Shown here in pieces: positions 51,593-61,598 of a DNA stretch of 64,000 nucleotides. The stretch lies in contig CAXXLQ010000004.1 in assembly GCA_963668695.2 (NCBI GenBank), forward strand, positions 2,272,001 through 2,336,000, given 5' to 3'. The notes beneath the pieces are model-generated. The model was given only the letters and a program-made list of their open reading frames with translations, was not told the DNA's origin and searched no databases. The stretch is from Vicinamibacteria bacterium. GTDB lineage: Bacteria > Acidobacteriota > Vicinamibacteria > Marinacidobacterales > Marinacidobacteraceae. Positions within the stretch are counted from its first letter, which is position 1. Each line of letters starts with the position of its first letter. The translations under genes were made by a program, and so were the position numbers.

Positions 51593-52750
51593 ATGGTCCC
51601 GCCGTCCATGAGGAGTGCAGCGTCGCTCGGCGCTTTGACCCCGAAGGCTCCAACCTCGGACGCGAGGAGCCGCCTCGAACTCTTTCTCCGGCGGTCGGAC
51701 GGACCCCTGGCGAGATCGCCGGACGGGGCACGCGTGGAGCCGCTCGTCAAGGAGGCGGGTGAACGGGTCTATTTCCGGATTGGCCCTCGAAGTCCAGTTG
51801 ACCGAGAGGCCGACACGGGAGGCAGGACCCTGGTCCTCTGCGTCATGGCGGAACCCTACGAGCCCGGGACTCTGCCGTTCGCGAATTCCACGCTGTTGTA
51901 CCGCGAACTCGGCGTTCGAGCGCCGCGGATTCTGGAAGAAGTCCCGGAACTCGGAGTGATTGCGCTCGAAGACCTCGGGGACGATCTCCTCCAGATGGTT
52001 GCACTCGACGGTGCGGCCGAGGTTCCCTCCTTGTACGACGAGGCAACGGAGATCATTGCCCGAATTCAGCGCGAAGGGGCTCGTCTCGATGGGACGCCTG
52101 GCGCGAGCCGGTTCCAGGCCTTTTCCCATCGGCTCGACACCGGGCTCTTTTTCCAGGAACTGCTGTTTTTTTCTCAGCACTTCCTCACGGACTACGCCGG
52201 GCTCCGGATGGCCGGCACGGCCGGACAGGAACTGGAGTCACTGTTGAGAGCGCTCGCGGAGGAGGCGGCCGGCGGTCCGTCGGCGCTCGCCCATCGGGAT
52301 TTCCACTCGCGCAATCTGATCGCGGGTGGCGAATCCCCTGATTCTTCTGGCTCACTCCCGGGGCGCCTGCGTGTGATCGACCATCAGGACTCTCGCATCG
52401 GTCCCCGCGCCTACGACCTGATGTCGCTGATACGTGATCCGTACGTGGCCAGGGAAGGGGATTCGGCCATGCCGTTTCGGGAACGCGACCTGATCCTTCG
52501 GTTCCAGGATGCCGCCGGGGTGCGCGGGAGTGCGGAAGAGTTGCTCTCCGAGTTCGATGCGGTCGCGCTCCAGCGCAACCTGAAGGCCCTCGGCACCTAT
52601 GGATTCCAGGTTTCCCGGCGAGGGAACGACGTCTACCGTCGCTATATCGGTCCGACCCTGCAAATGGTCAGTCAAAACCTGGAGCGCCACCACGATCGCG
52701 CCGATCGGCGGAGTCTCGGGAGTCTTCTCGCGGACCTTCCGGACGCCTGA
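51593..52750 (+). CDS. Aminoglycoside-phosphotransferase-fold kinase, AmgK-like
   Basis: RVYFR, LEDLGD, HRDFHSRNL, IDHQD, YDLMSL, QRNLKALGTYG. Confidence 0.8.
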   Translation: MVPPSMRSAASLGALTPKAPTSDARSRLELFLRRSDGPLARSPDGARVEPLVKEAGERVYFRIGPRSPVDREADTGGRTLVLCVMAEPYEPGTLPFANSTLLYRELGVRAPRILEEVPELGVIALEDLGDDLLQMVALDGAAEVPSLYDEATEIIARIQREGARLDGTPGASRFQAFSHRLDTGLFFQELLFFSQHFLTDYAGLRMAGTAGQELESLLRALAEEAAGGPSALAHRDFHSRNLIAGGESPDSSGSLPGRLRVIDHQDSRIGPRAYDLMSLIRDPYVAREGDSAMPFRERDLILRFQDAAGVRGSAEELLSEFDAVALQRNLKALGTYGFQVSRRGNDVYRRYIGPTLQMVSQNLERHHDRADRRSLGSLLADLPDA

Positions 52751-52793
52751 CACGTAAACTCCCGCGCCGGCGCTGTCAACAACCGCGCATCCC

Positions 52794-54155
52794 ATGCCCC
52801 AACCGTCGAAAGACCCCGCGTCACCTGGATCCTGGAAGGATCGTCGCCTCCCGACGATCGCATCCCTGTGCCGGACGCTCGCGCAGGACGCCGCCCCGGA
52901 GGGGGTGCCGGCAACCCTCCGCGGATGGCTGGCCGGACGGCGTTCGAGTGGCAAGCTGCTATTTCTCAGCTTCAGGGATGGCTCCGGCTTTGCCCAGGTG
53001 GTTGTCGCGAAGGCGGCGGTTCCGGCCGATACCTTCGAAAAGGCCCGGCACTGTCCTTTGGAGAGTGCGGTCGAGATCGTCGGGGCAGCGTTTTCCGAGC
53101 CCCGCGCACCCGGCGGAATGGAGATCCGGGCCTCGGGTTTTGCGGTCCTGCACGCCGCCGATCCCTATCCCATCACTCCGAAGGAACACGGGACTTCCTT
53201 CCTGCTCGACCACCGGCATCTGTGGCTGAGATCCAGGAAACAACACGCGCTGCTCCGGATTCGGGACGAGGTTCTTCACGCGTTCCGGGAATACCTGCGG
53301 GAACAGGATTTCGTGAACGCCGACACGCCGATCTTCACCCCGAACGCCTGCGAAGGGACAACCACCCTCTTCGAGACCCGCTATTTCGATCGCCGGGCCT
53401 ATTTGAGCCAAAGCGGCCAGTTGTATAACGAGGCCATCGCCATGTCAGTGGGACGGACGTACTGCCTCGGGCCCACTTTCCGGGCCGAAAAGTCGAAGAC
53501 ACGCCGCCATCTCATCGAGTTCTGGATGCTGGAGCCCGAGGTGGCCTTCGCGGAACTCGGGGACATCATCGACCTTGCGGAGGGCCTCATCTGCCACGCC
53601 GTTTCACGCGTTCTCGAGAACCGGGCGACCGAACTCGAGATCCTGGGACGGGAAACGGCTCCGCTTGAACGAATCCGGGCACCGTTCCCCCGCGTGACCT
53701 ACGACGAGGCGGCCGAGATCCTGGCCCGCAAGGGAACCGGCTTTACACTGGGGGACGACTTCGGGGCACAGGACGAGACGGCTCTCACCGAGGACCTGGA
53801 CCGTCCTCTTTGCATCACGCACTTCCCGGCCGCGATCAAGGCCTTCTACATGGAACCCGATCCCCAGCGCCCGGATCGGGTCCTCTGCCTCGACATCATT
53901 GCCCCGGAGGGTTACGGCGAGGTTGTCGGCGGGGGCCAGCGCATCCACGACTACGAACTGCTACGCCGGCGCGTGCGCGAACATGACCTGCCGGAAGACG
54001 CCTTCGAGTGGTATCTCGATCTCCGCCGGTACGGGACGACCCCGCACTCCGGTTTCGGGCTCGGAATCGAGCGCTTCGTCGCCTGGATGTCGGGACTCTC
54101 CCATCTCAGGGAGGCGATTGCCTTCCCCCGCACCTTGTACCGGCTGGCCCCGTGA
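52794..54155 (+). CDS. asnS: Asparagine--tRNA ligase
   Basis: YLSQSGQLY, FRAEKSKTRRHL.EFWM, PHSGFGLGIER. Confidence 0.93.
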   Translation: MPQPSKDPASPGSWKDRRLPTIASLCRTLAQDAAPEGVPATLRGWLAGRRSSGKLLFLSFRDGSGFAQVVVAKAAVPADTFEKARHCPLESAVEIVGAAFSEPRAPGGMEIRASGFAVLHAADPYPITPKEHGTSFLLDHRHLWLRSRKQHALLRIRDEVLHAFREYLREQDFVNADTPIFTPNACEGTTTLFETRYFDRRAYLSQSGQLYNEAIAMSVGRTYCLGPTFRAEKSKTRRHLIEFWMLEPEVAFAELGDIIDLAEGLICHAVSRVLENRATELEILGRETAPLERIRAPFPRVTYDEAAEILARKGTGFTLGDDFGAQDETALTEDLDRPLCITHFPAAIKAFYMEPDPQRPDRVLCLDIIAPEGYGEVVGGGQRIHDYELLRRRVREHDLPEDAFEWYLDLRRYGTTPHSGFGLGIERFVAWMSGLSHLREAIAFPRTLYRLAP

Positions 54156-54162
54156 AGCCCAC

Positions 54163-54373
54163 CAGGAGTCTGTTCCGGTAATGGCGCGAGCACCGCGGCC
54201 GGTGAGGCCCAGTTCTCCCGGTGGGGCCAGTCCTCCCGGTGGGGGCCCGGCTGACAAGGCGCGAACGGGAGGAATACCGGGTGTATTGCGACCGATTCGC
54301 AACGCAGAGCGAAGCGGTTCAGCAGGGATGCATCGCGGGTCGAATGCCGTGCGATTACCGGGACAGGCTCCTA
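54163..54373 (-). mobile_element. Degenerate family A element overlapping the rimO 5' end
   Basis: 18-bp modules, core sequence and end CAGGCTCCTA directly before the KVGLVSLGC codons. Confidence 0.75.
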
Positions 54374-55749
54374 AGGTGGGGCTGGTGAGCCTCGGATGCG
54401 CGAAGAACCTGCTCGACAGCGAGGTCATGGCAGGCGTCCTCACCAGCCGCGGATTCGAGATGACATCCGATCTGGCGGAGGCGGAGGCGCTCGTGGTGAA
54501 CACCTGCGGGTTCATTGGTCCGGCGAAGGAGGAGGGGGTGAACGCCATCCTCGAGTTGGCGCAGTTCAAGAACCGCGGCCGGTGCCGGCGATTGGTGGTG
54601 GCCGGATGCCTGGCGCAGCGGTATGCGAGCGAGCTCGCGCGTGAGATCCCCGAGATCGACGCGGTCCTCGGGCTCGACGAGGTCGAACGCATTGCGGATG
54701 TCCTGATCGCTCCCGAGCGGCGGACCCCGCCGCTACGCGCCGACCAATCGGTCACCTGGCTCTACGACCACACTACCCCCCGGATTCGTTCCACCCCGCC
54801 GCACATCGCCTACATCAAGGTGGCCGAGGGCTGCGACTATCCCTGCACGTTCTGTGTGATCCCGCAGATTCGTGGACATTTCCGCAGTCGTGATCCGGAT
54901 TCGGTGCTCGCCGAGGCGGAGTCGCTGGCCCGGACGGGTACCCGGGAACTCATTCTGGTGGCGCAGGATACGACCGCCTACGGCAAGGATCTCGGGATCC
55001 GGCACGGGCTCGCGAAACTCCTGCGCCAGCTCGCCGAAGTGAGCGGCATCGCCTGGGTGCGTTTCCTCTACGCCTATCCGACAACGCTCGATGACGAGGT
55101 ACTCGGGGCGATGGCGGAGGTCCCGGAAGTCTGTCGTTACGTGGACATCCCGCTGCAGCACGCGAGCCGCCGAGTCCTGCGGGACATGCGTCGTCCCGGG
55201 AATCGGGACAGCAACGAGCGGCTCCTCGCGCGGATCCGCGAGGCAGTGCCCGGGGTCGCCATCCGAAGCACCTTCATCGTCGGGTTTCCCGGGGAAACCG
55301 AAGAAGAGTTCCGGGAGCTCCACGACTTCGTGGAAGGAGCCCGGTTCGACGCGATGGGAGCGTTTGTCTATTCGAACGAAGAGTCCGCCGCTTCGTTCGT
55401 GGAGCGCGAAGTGGTTTCGGAAGCCGAGAAGGAAGAACGCCGGGCACGCCTCATGGAGCTGCAACGGGGTATCGCTCTCGCCCGCCACCGCGAAATGGTC
55501 GGGAGCGTTGTTCCGGTGCTGGTGGACGGCGACGCTGAAGAGAGCGAGTTGCTCACGGCCGGGCGGACCGAAAAACAGGCGCCGGACGTGGACGCCCGCG
55601 TCCTCATCGTGGATGGGGAGGCGCCGGCAGGCCGGTTTGTGGACGTGAAGATCACCGAGGCGCATCCGGAGGATCTGGTGGGCGAAGCTCTCGGAGGGAC
55701 CGATTTCCGGAGCCCCGACAGATCCGCGAGCTGTCCCCTATCCAGATAG
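54349..55749 (+). CDS. rimO: Ribosomal protein S12 methylthiotransferase (start uncertain)
   Basis: SLGCAKNLLDSE, NTCGFI, KVAEGCDYPCTFC, DIPLQH, APDVD. Confidence 0.93.
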   Translation: MRLPGQAPKVGLVSLGCAKNLLDSEVMAGVLTSRGFEMTSDLAEAEALVVNTCGFIGPAKEEGVNAILELAQFKNRGRCRRLVVAGCLAQRYASELAREIPEIDAVLGLDEVERIADVLIAPERRTPPLRADQSVTWLYDHTTPRIRSTPPHIAYIKVAEGCDYPCTFCVIPQIRGHFRSRDPDSVLAEAESLARTGTRELILVAQDTTAYGKDLGIRHGLAKLLRQLAEVSGIAWVRFLYAYPTTLDDEVLGAMAEVPEVCRYVDIPLQHASRRVLRDMRRPGNRDSNERLLARIREAVPGVAIRSTFIVGFPGETEEEFRELHDFVEGARFDAMGAFVYSNEESAASFVEREVVSEAEKEERRARLMELQRGIALARHREMVGSVVPVLVDGDAEESELLTAGRTEKQAPDVDARVLIVDGEAPAGRFVDVKITEAHPEDLVGEALGGTDFRSPDRSASCPLSR

Positions 55750-55971
55750 AGACGGCCAGTCCACCTCTCGGGAGAGGGGCGGGACATCCGCGCCGCGGGC
55801 TTTCCCGACTGAGATTCGCGTCTGCTTCAGCGATCTCGGAGTGGGGTATACTCAGTCGTTCGGGTGCGGCCGGGGTGGGCCGGGGTGGGGTCGCTCCCGT
55901 TTGTTCCTTGACCCGTCGCGCTCCGGTGCGGCGGGTTTTCTCCGATCCCCCAATTTCGAGAGGCTGTACGC

Positions 55972-56520
55972 ATTTCGCAAGAAGAACCGGACCCGCAGCG
56001 CCTTCACCAAGCGGGCGACGATCTCGCCGCGCACATCGAGAGACTGGCGCGGCGAGCGGCGGCGAGTGCTCAGGTTGAGTTGGCATGGATCGAGATCAAG
56101 GGACCGCGCAGCGGACGGCGGGTACGGGTTTTCATCGAGCGAACCGACGATGCGGTAGGGCTGAGAGATTGCGAACGGGTGAACGAAAAGCTGTCCGCAC
56201 TCCTCGATCTGGAGGATCCGATTCCCGGGACCTACACCCTCGAGGTGAGCACGCCGGGTCTCGATCGTCCGCTGCGTTCGGTCGAGGAGTGCCGGCGATT
56301 CCTCGGGCGGCGGGTTCGGATACGCCACCGGATGGAGAATCGACAGGACACCGTGACCGCAACGCTGCGGGCGGTGAAGGAGGACGGCGTCCTCTGCCTG
56401 AATGGGCCCAACGCAGAGCGGCAAATCGCCTGGAGCGAGGTTCTCGCGGCCCGTCTCGCTCCGGACTTCGAGGCCCTGCTCGGAAGGGGTCCCGGCGAGC
56501 GGAGGAGCCAGTCGAGCTGA
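55972..56520 (+). CDS. rimP: Ribosome maturation factor RimP, probable ATT start
   Basis: VRVFIE, DCERV, YTLEVSTPGLDRPL; GAGAGG 8 nt before in-frame ATT. Confidence 0.85.
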   Translation: MSQEEPDPQRLHQAGDDLAAHIERLARRAAASAQVELAWIEIKGPRSGRRVRVFIERTDDAVGLRDCERVNEKLSALLDLEDPIPGTYTLEVSTPGLDRPLRSVEECRRFLGRRVRIRHRMENRQDTVTATLRAVKEDGVLCLNGPNAERQIAWSEVLAARLAPDFEALLGRGPGERRSQSS

Positions 56521-58829
56521 TGGCTGCCATCGAGGAACTCGCCGCGGAAGTGGATCGGGCCGAGATCATCGCGAGCGTGGAACAGGCAGCAGCGCTGGCC
56601 GCTTCGCGCAGTAGCGGCCTCTCGTTGCGCGCCCGCCTCGATGCCGAAAAAGGACATCTCGTGTGCTACGTGGTGAAGCGCGTGGCCAAGGAGGTGCAGG
56701 ATCCCGAAACTGAGGTCGGAGTGGAGGCAGCTCCCGATGGTTTTTCCCCGGGAGATCTGGTGGAGGTTGAGGTTCCCTTCGGGACGGCGGCCCGCAGCGC
56801 GGCACGGGCGGCCGGCGCGGTACTCGAGGCGCGCCTCCGAGCCGCGCGGATGCTCTCCCGCGCCGAACCGTACCGCGACCGTGTCGGCAAGCTGGAAACG
56901 GCGATCGTCGCCCGTCGCGAAGGGCAGGACCTCATCGTCAACCTCGGTCCGGTAGAGGGACGGCTGCCTGCCGAAGAACAGAGCCGACACGAGGTCTTCA
57001 ATCCGGAAGAAACCATCCGGGTGGCGGTGCACTCCATCGAGCCCGACGATCCTCCCGTCATCCTGTCCCGGATTGCCCCGGCAGTGCTCGCGGGCCTCAT
57101 CGAACGCGAGACCCCGGAGGTTCGCCGCGGAGTGGTCGAGGTTCGAGCGGTGGCACGCCATCCCGGCATCCGGGCGAAGGTGGCGGTATCGAGCGCCGTG
57201 CCCGGAGTGGACCCCGTAGCCGCCTGCCTCGGGCCGGGAGGCTCTCGCATACGTGCTGTAAGCCTCGAGCTCCGCGGTGAACGAGTGGATGTGGTTCTCT
57301 GGGACAAAACGATGGAGAAGTTTGCGCGCAATGCGCTTCGCCCAGCGGAAGTGCTCGACATCTGTACGGTGGACGAGGAATCTCAAGACGGGGGGTCGCG
57401 GAGGCTCCGCGAAAAGGGCGGGTTGCTGGTGACCGTTTCCGAAGCCGAGCTCCCGCGGACCCTCGGCAAGCGTGGTCAGAACGTTCGCCTGGCGTCCGAA
57501 CTGCTCGGAGTTGACATCGAAGTGGTGGCCGAGGGCGATGCACAGGAAGCAGACGAACGGAGCTCTCGCCGGGAGGACGCCCTCGACACCGGCTCTCCCG
57601 GGCGTGGTCCCCGCGATACGGAGTATCCCCGGCGCGGTCCCCGCGATACGGAGTATCCCGGGCGTGGTCCCCGCGATACGGAGTATCCCCGGCGTGGTCC
57701 CCGCGATACGGAGTATCCCCGGCGTGGTCCCCGCGATACGGAGTATCCCCGGCGTGGTCCCCGCGATACGGAGTATCCCCGGCGCGGTCCCCGCGATACG
57801 GAGTATCCCCGGCGTGGTCCCCGCGATACGGAGTATCCCCGGCGCGGTCCCCGCGATGCGGAGTATCCCCGGCGTGGTCCCCGCGATGCGGAGTCTCCCC
57901 GGCGCGGTCCCCGCGATGCGGAGTATCCCCGGCGCGGTCCCCGCGATGCGGAGTATCCCCGGCGTGGTCCCCGCGATGCGGAGTCTCCCCCCCGGCGTGG
58001 TCCCCGCGATGCGGAGTCTCCCCCCCGGCGTGGTCCCCGCGATACGGAGTATCCCCGGCGTGGTCCCCGCGATACGGAGTATCCCCGGCGTGGTCCCCGC
58101 GATACGGAGTATCCCCGGCGTGGTCCCCGCGATGCGGAGTCTCCCCGGCGTGGTCCCCGCGATACGGAGTATCCCCGGCGTGGTCCCCGCGATACGGAGT
58201 ATCCCCGGCGCGGTCCCCGCGATACGGAGTATCCCCGGCGCGGTCCCCGCGATACGGAGTATCCCCGGCGCGGTCCCCGCGATACGGAGTATCCCCGGCG
58301 TGGTCCCCGCGATGCGGAGTATCCCCGGCGCGGTCCCCGTGATACGGAGTATCCCCGGCGCGGTCCCCGTGATACGGAGTATCCCCGGCGCGGTCCCCGC
58401 GATGCGGAGTATCCCCGGCGTGGTCCCCGCGATACGGAGTATCCCCGGCGCGGTCCCCGCGATGCGGAGTATCCCCGGCGTGGTCCCCGCGATGCGGAGT
58501 ATCCCCCCCGGCGTGGTCCCCGCGATGCGGAGTCTCCCCGGCGTGGTCCCCGCGATGCGGAGTCTCCCCGGCGTGGTCCCCGCGATGCGGAGTCTCCCCG
58601 GCGTGGTCCCCGCGATGCGGAGTCTCCCCGGCGTGGTCCCCGCGATGCGGAGTATCCCCGGCGTGGTCCCCGCGATACGGGGTCTTCCCGGCGGAATCCC
58701 GACCAGCGGCGGGGAGGACCTGGCGCGCCCTCGCGGGACCACGGACCCCGGAATCAGAAACCACGTCCCCGGCGGGACGATCGGCCGGATCGGGTGAGGG
58801 AATCCGCGCCGGAGTCGCGGGAGCAGTAG
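56520..58829 (+). CDS. nusA: Transcription factor NusA with repetitive C-terminal extension
   Basis: S1 and KH motifs VILSR, PGIRAKVAV, DPVAACLG, GKRGQNVRLAS; operon position. Confidence 0.92.
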   Translation: MAAIEELAAEVDRAEIIASVEQAAALAASRSSGLSLRARLDAEKGHLVCYVVKRVAKEVQDPETEVGVEAAPDGFSPGDLVEVEVPFGTAARSAARAAGAVLEARLRAARMLSRAEPYRDRVGKLETAIVARREGQDLIVNLGPVEGRLPAEEQSRHEVFNPEETIRVAVHSIEPDDPPVILSRIAPAVLAGLIERETPEVRRGVVEVRAVARHPGIRAKVAVSSAVPGVDPVAACLGPGGSRIRAVSLELRGERVDVVLWDKTMEKFARNALRPAEVLDICTVDEESQDGGSRRLREKGGLLVTVSEAELPRTLGKRGQNVRLASELLGVDIEVVAEGDAQEADERSSRREDALDTGSPGRGPRDTEYPRRGPRDTEYPGRGPRDTEYPRRGPRDTEYPRRGPRDTEYPRRGPRDTEYPRRGPRDTEYPRRGPRDTEYPRRGPRDAEYPRRGPRDAESPRRGPRDAEYPRRGPRDAEYPRRGPRDAESPPRRGPRDAESPPRRGPRDTEYPRRGPRDTEYPRRGPRDTEYPRRGPRDAESPRRGPRDTEYPRRGPRDTEYPRRGPRDTEYPRRGPRDTEYPRRGPRDTEYPRRGPRDAEYPRRGPRDTEYPRRGPRDTEYPRRGPRDAEYPRRGPRDTEYPRRGPRDAEYPRRGPRDAEYPPRRGPRDAESPRRGPRDAESPRRGPRDAESPRRGPRDAESPRRGPRDAEYPRRGPRDTGSSRRNPDQRRGGPGAPSRDHGPRNQKPRPRRDDRPDRVRESAPESREQ
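57597..58680 (+). repeat. Coding tandem repeat, 36 x 30 bp (three 33-bp variants)
   Basis: CCCCGGCGTGGTCCCCGCGATACGGAGTAT units encoding PRRGPRD[TA]E[YS]. Confidence 0.97.
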
Positions 58830-58835
58830 CTATTT

Positions 58836-61568
58836 ATGCCGTCCACGGTCAGGGTCAGCGACCTCGCCAAAGAGGTTGGGTTGGAGCCCGGAGAACTCCT
58901 CCGGGTTCTTCAGGCGGATTTCGGCGTGCGCGCCCGGACGGTCTCCTCGTCCATCCCGGACGGTGACGCACGAAAGGTAAGGAACCGGCTGCGATTGCAG
59001 CAGCGGCGTGCTTCGCGCCCCGATCGCCGTCTGCAGGCCGCGGAGAACATCCGCCGCGCTGCCGAACAGCGCCTCCTCCGCGATGCCGCAGAAGTGAAGG
59101 CCCGCGGCGAGGCCGAGCGCAGGGCGCGGGAAAGGGCGCGGGAAGAAGCGGAGAAGAAGGCTCAGGAAGAGGCGGAAGCGAGGGCGCAGGCCGAGGAAGC
59201 GGAGGCGCAAAGGCAAGAGCTCGAACGCGCCGCCGCCGAGCGAAAGGCCGAAGAAGAGCGCCAGGCTGCCGAGGCCGCTGCCCGGGGAGCGGCTGAGGCC
59301 CGCAAGCCTGAGACGGCCCGCAAGCTCGAGGAGCAGGCGCAGGAGAAGAGGACAGTCCGCCCGACCGTCCCGGAAACCCCCGCTGGTGAGCGCGATGGTC
59401 GCCGCGGGCGGGTTCGGGATCTTGAGCCGTCCGCCCGTCTGGCTGCGGCCTCCGCGAAGCCCGCCGAACCGGCCCCGGCCAAGCCGCCCTCGCGCCGGAT
59501 CGAGACGCGCAGCATCGCTTCCTCTGCAAGGCCCAGCGAATTCCGACCTGGAGCCACGGACCGCAAGATCGTTCCCACTGTGATCCGACCTGTCCGTCGG
59601 GCCACACCTCCACGAATCCGGGCTACCCCGCCGCCAATGCGTCGAACGCCCGCAGCCCCGCCCAAGCTGCAACGTCCGGGTATGGGCCGCCGATCAAAGG
59701 GGAGACGGCGCCAGGGGCCGGCGGAGACCCCCGAGGTTCTCGATGGATTCGACAGCCAGCTGCCTCCCGGGTTACGGCAGGCGGTGAACCGGGAATCCCG
59801 TACCAACGCGAAGATTGCACTCAGTGAGGCCATTACCGTGAAGGGACTCGCGGAGGCCATGAGCATCCCGACCGTCGAGGTGATCAAGGCGTTGTTGCTT
59901 CATCACGGGCTGGCGGTGTCCATCAATCAGCCGCTCGATGCGGAAACCGCCTCGAAACTGGTTCGCCGGTTCGGAGGTTCGATCATCGAGGCTTCGGCAT
60001 CGAAGGACGAACTGGAGTCTGGCGCCGCGGAACTGTCCGACGAACAGAAAGAGGGGTTGGTCGAGCGCGCCCCGGTGGTCACCGTGATGGGTCATGTGGA
60101 CCACGGCAAGACGAGCCTTCTCGATGCCATCCGTAGCGCGCGGGTCGTGGACACGGAGGCGGGTGGCATTACCCAGCACATGAGCGCCTATTCGGTGGAA
60201 ACGAACGGCCACCGCCTTGTCTTCCTCGACACCCCCGGACACGAAGCGTTTACCAAGATGCGAGCGCGCGGCGCCGGGGTTACCGATGTGGTCGTCCTGG
60301 TGGTGGCGGCCGACGACGGGGTAAAAGAGCAGACGATCGAAGCCCTCAACCACGCCCGCGCCGCCGGGGTTCCCATGGTGGTTGCCGTCAACAAGATGGA
60401 TAAGCCATCAGCCGATCCGGAGCTGGTGATGCGGCAGCTCGCCGAACGCGAGGTGACCCCGGAGGACTGGGGCGGCGACGCCATCTTCTGTCGGGTTTCC
60501 GCCAAGACCCACGAGGGGCTTTCGGATCTGCTGCAATCAGTACTCGACGTGGCCGAACTCGAGGAGCCCACCGCGAATCCGATCGGCCCCGCGCAGGGAG
60601 TCGTCCTTGAGGCCCGCATGGACAAGGGCCGTGGCCCGGTGGCCCAGTTCCTGGTCCAGGGGGGCACGTTGTCCGTCGGTGACACGGTTAGCGCCGGCGC
60701 GGCGTGGGGCAAGGTTCGGGCGATTCTGGACGAATCGGGGCGCCGCCTGAAGACGGCGCCTCCCTCGACGCCCTGCGAGGTGCTCGGACTCACTGAAGTC
60801 CCGGTGGTTGGCGACCGCTTCTCGGCAAGCCAGACGCCTTCCGAAGCGCGCCGGGTGGCGGAAGAGAAGAAGGGCGAAGCACGGCTGCGGTTGATCGAGG
60901 GACGCCAGCGGCTGAACCTCCAGAACCTTCACTCCCAGATGAGCGGCGGGTTGAAGGAGCTCTCGATCGTGGTGAAGGCGGACGTTGGCGGGACCGTGGA
61001 AGCGGTCAGGGACTCTTTGGAGCGTCTCTCCACGGACGAAGTAAAGGTCCGGGTGATCCATGCCGCCGCGGGGGCTGTTTCGGAGAGCGACGTGAACCTG
61101 GCATCGGCTACCGACTCCATCATCGTGGCTTTTGGAGTCCGCCCGGACCCCCAGGCGCAGCGTCTCGCGGAGCAGGAGAGGGTGGAGATTCGCGGCCATA
61201 CGGTCATCTACCACTTGGTCGAGGAGATGCAGAAAGCGCTGGAGGGCCTCCTCGAACCCGAGACCGAGGTCGTCGAGCTCGGCAAGATCGAAGTACGGCA
61301 AACTTTCCAGGTGCCGCGGGTGGGCGTGGTGGCCGGCTCTTACGTCCTCGCCGGCAGTGTTCCCAGAAGCGCCCACGTGCGGTTGGTGCGCGACGGCAGA
61401 CTGGTATATACCGGCCGCATCGGCAGCCTTCGGCGGTTCAAGGAGGATGTGGCCCAGGTTCGCGAGGGCTTCGAATGCGGCGTCGGCATCGCCGGCTACA
61501 ACGACGTGAAGATCGGCGACATCATCGAGGCGTTCCGCGAGGAACAAGTCAGTCCCGTCGCCGGCTAA
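58836..61568 (+). CDS. infB: Translation initiation factor IF-2
   Basis: MGHVDHGKT, GGITQH, DTPGH, NKMD, LRRFKEDV. Confidence 0.97.
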   Translation: MPSTVRVSDLAKEVGLEPGELLRVLQADFGVRARTVSSSIPDGDARKVRNRLRLQQRRASRPDRRLQAAENIRRAAEQRLLRDAAEVKARGEAERRARERAREEAEKKAQEEAEARAQAEEAEAQRQELERAAAERKAEEERQAAEAAARGAAEARKPETARKLEEQAQEKRTVRPTVPETPAGERDGRRGRVRDLEPSARLAAASAKPAEPAPAKPPSRRIETRSIASSARPSEFRPGATDRKIVPTVIRPVRRATPPRIRATPPPMRRTPAAPPKLQRPGMGRRSKGRRRQGPAETPEVLDGFDSQLPPGLRQAVNRESRTNAKIALSEAITVKGLAEAMSIPTVEVIKALLLHHGLAVSINQPLDAETASKLVRRFGGSIIEASASKDELESGAAELSDEQKEGLVERAPVVTVMGHVDHGKTSLLDAIRSARVVDTEAGGITQHMSAYSVETNGHRLVFLDTPGHEAFTKMRARGAGVTDVVVLVVAADDGVKEQTIEALNHARAAGVPMVVAVNKMDKPSADPELVMRQLAEREVTPEDWGGDAIFCRVSAKTHEGLSDLLQSVLDVAELEEPTANPIGPAQGVVLEARMDKGRGPVAQFLVQGGTLSVGDTVSAGAAWGKVRAILDESGRRLKTAPPSTPCEVLGLTEVPVVGDRFSASQTPSEARRVAEEKKGEARLRLIEGRQRLNLQNLHSQMSGGLKELSIVVKADVGGTVEAVRDSLERLSTDEVKVRVIHAAAGAVSESDVNLASATDSIIVAFGVRPDPQAQRLAEQERVEIRGHTVIYHLVEEMQKALEGLLEPETEVVELGKIEVRQTFQVPRVGVVAGSYVLAGSVPRSAHVRLVRDGRLVYTGRIGSLRRFKEDVAQVREGFECGVGIAGYNDVKIGDIIEAFREEQVSPVAG

Positions 61569-61598
61569 CAGCGCCGCTCCTTCCCACGGGTTCGCAGA

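Noticed and set aside
57597-58680. CRISPR array: the unit contains GTGGTCCCCGCG, resembling type I-E repeats
   Set aside because: Units are head-to-tail with no spacers, the palindrome is incomplete, no cas genes are present, and the array is in frame within nusA.
56232-58797. Alternative-frame and antisense repeat ORFs over the nusA array
   Set aside because: A stop-free 30-bp unit opens most frames; only the nusA frame joins a conserved protein.
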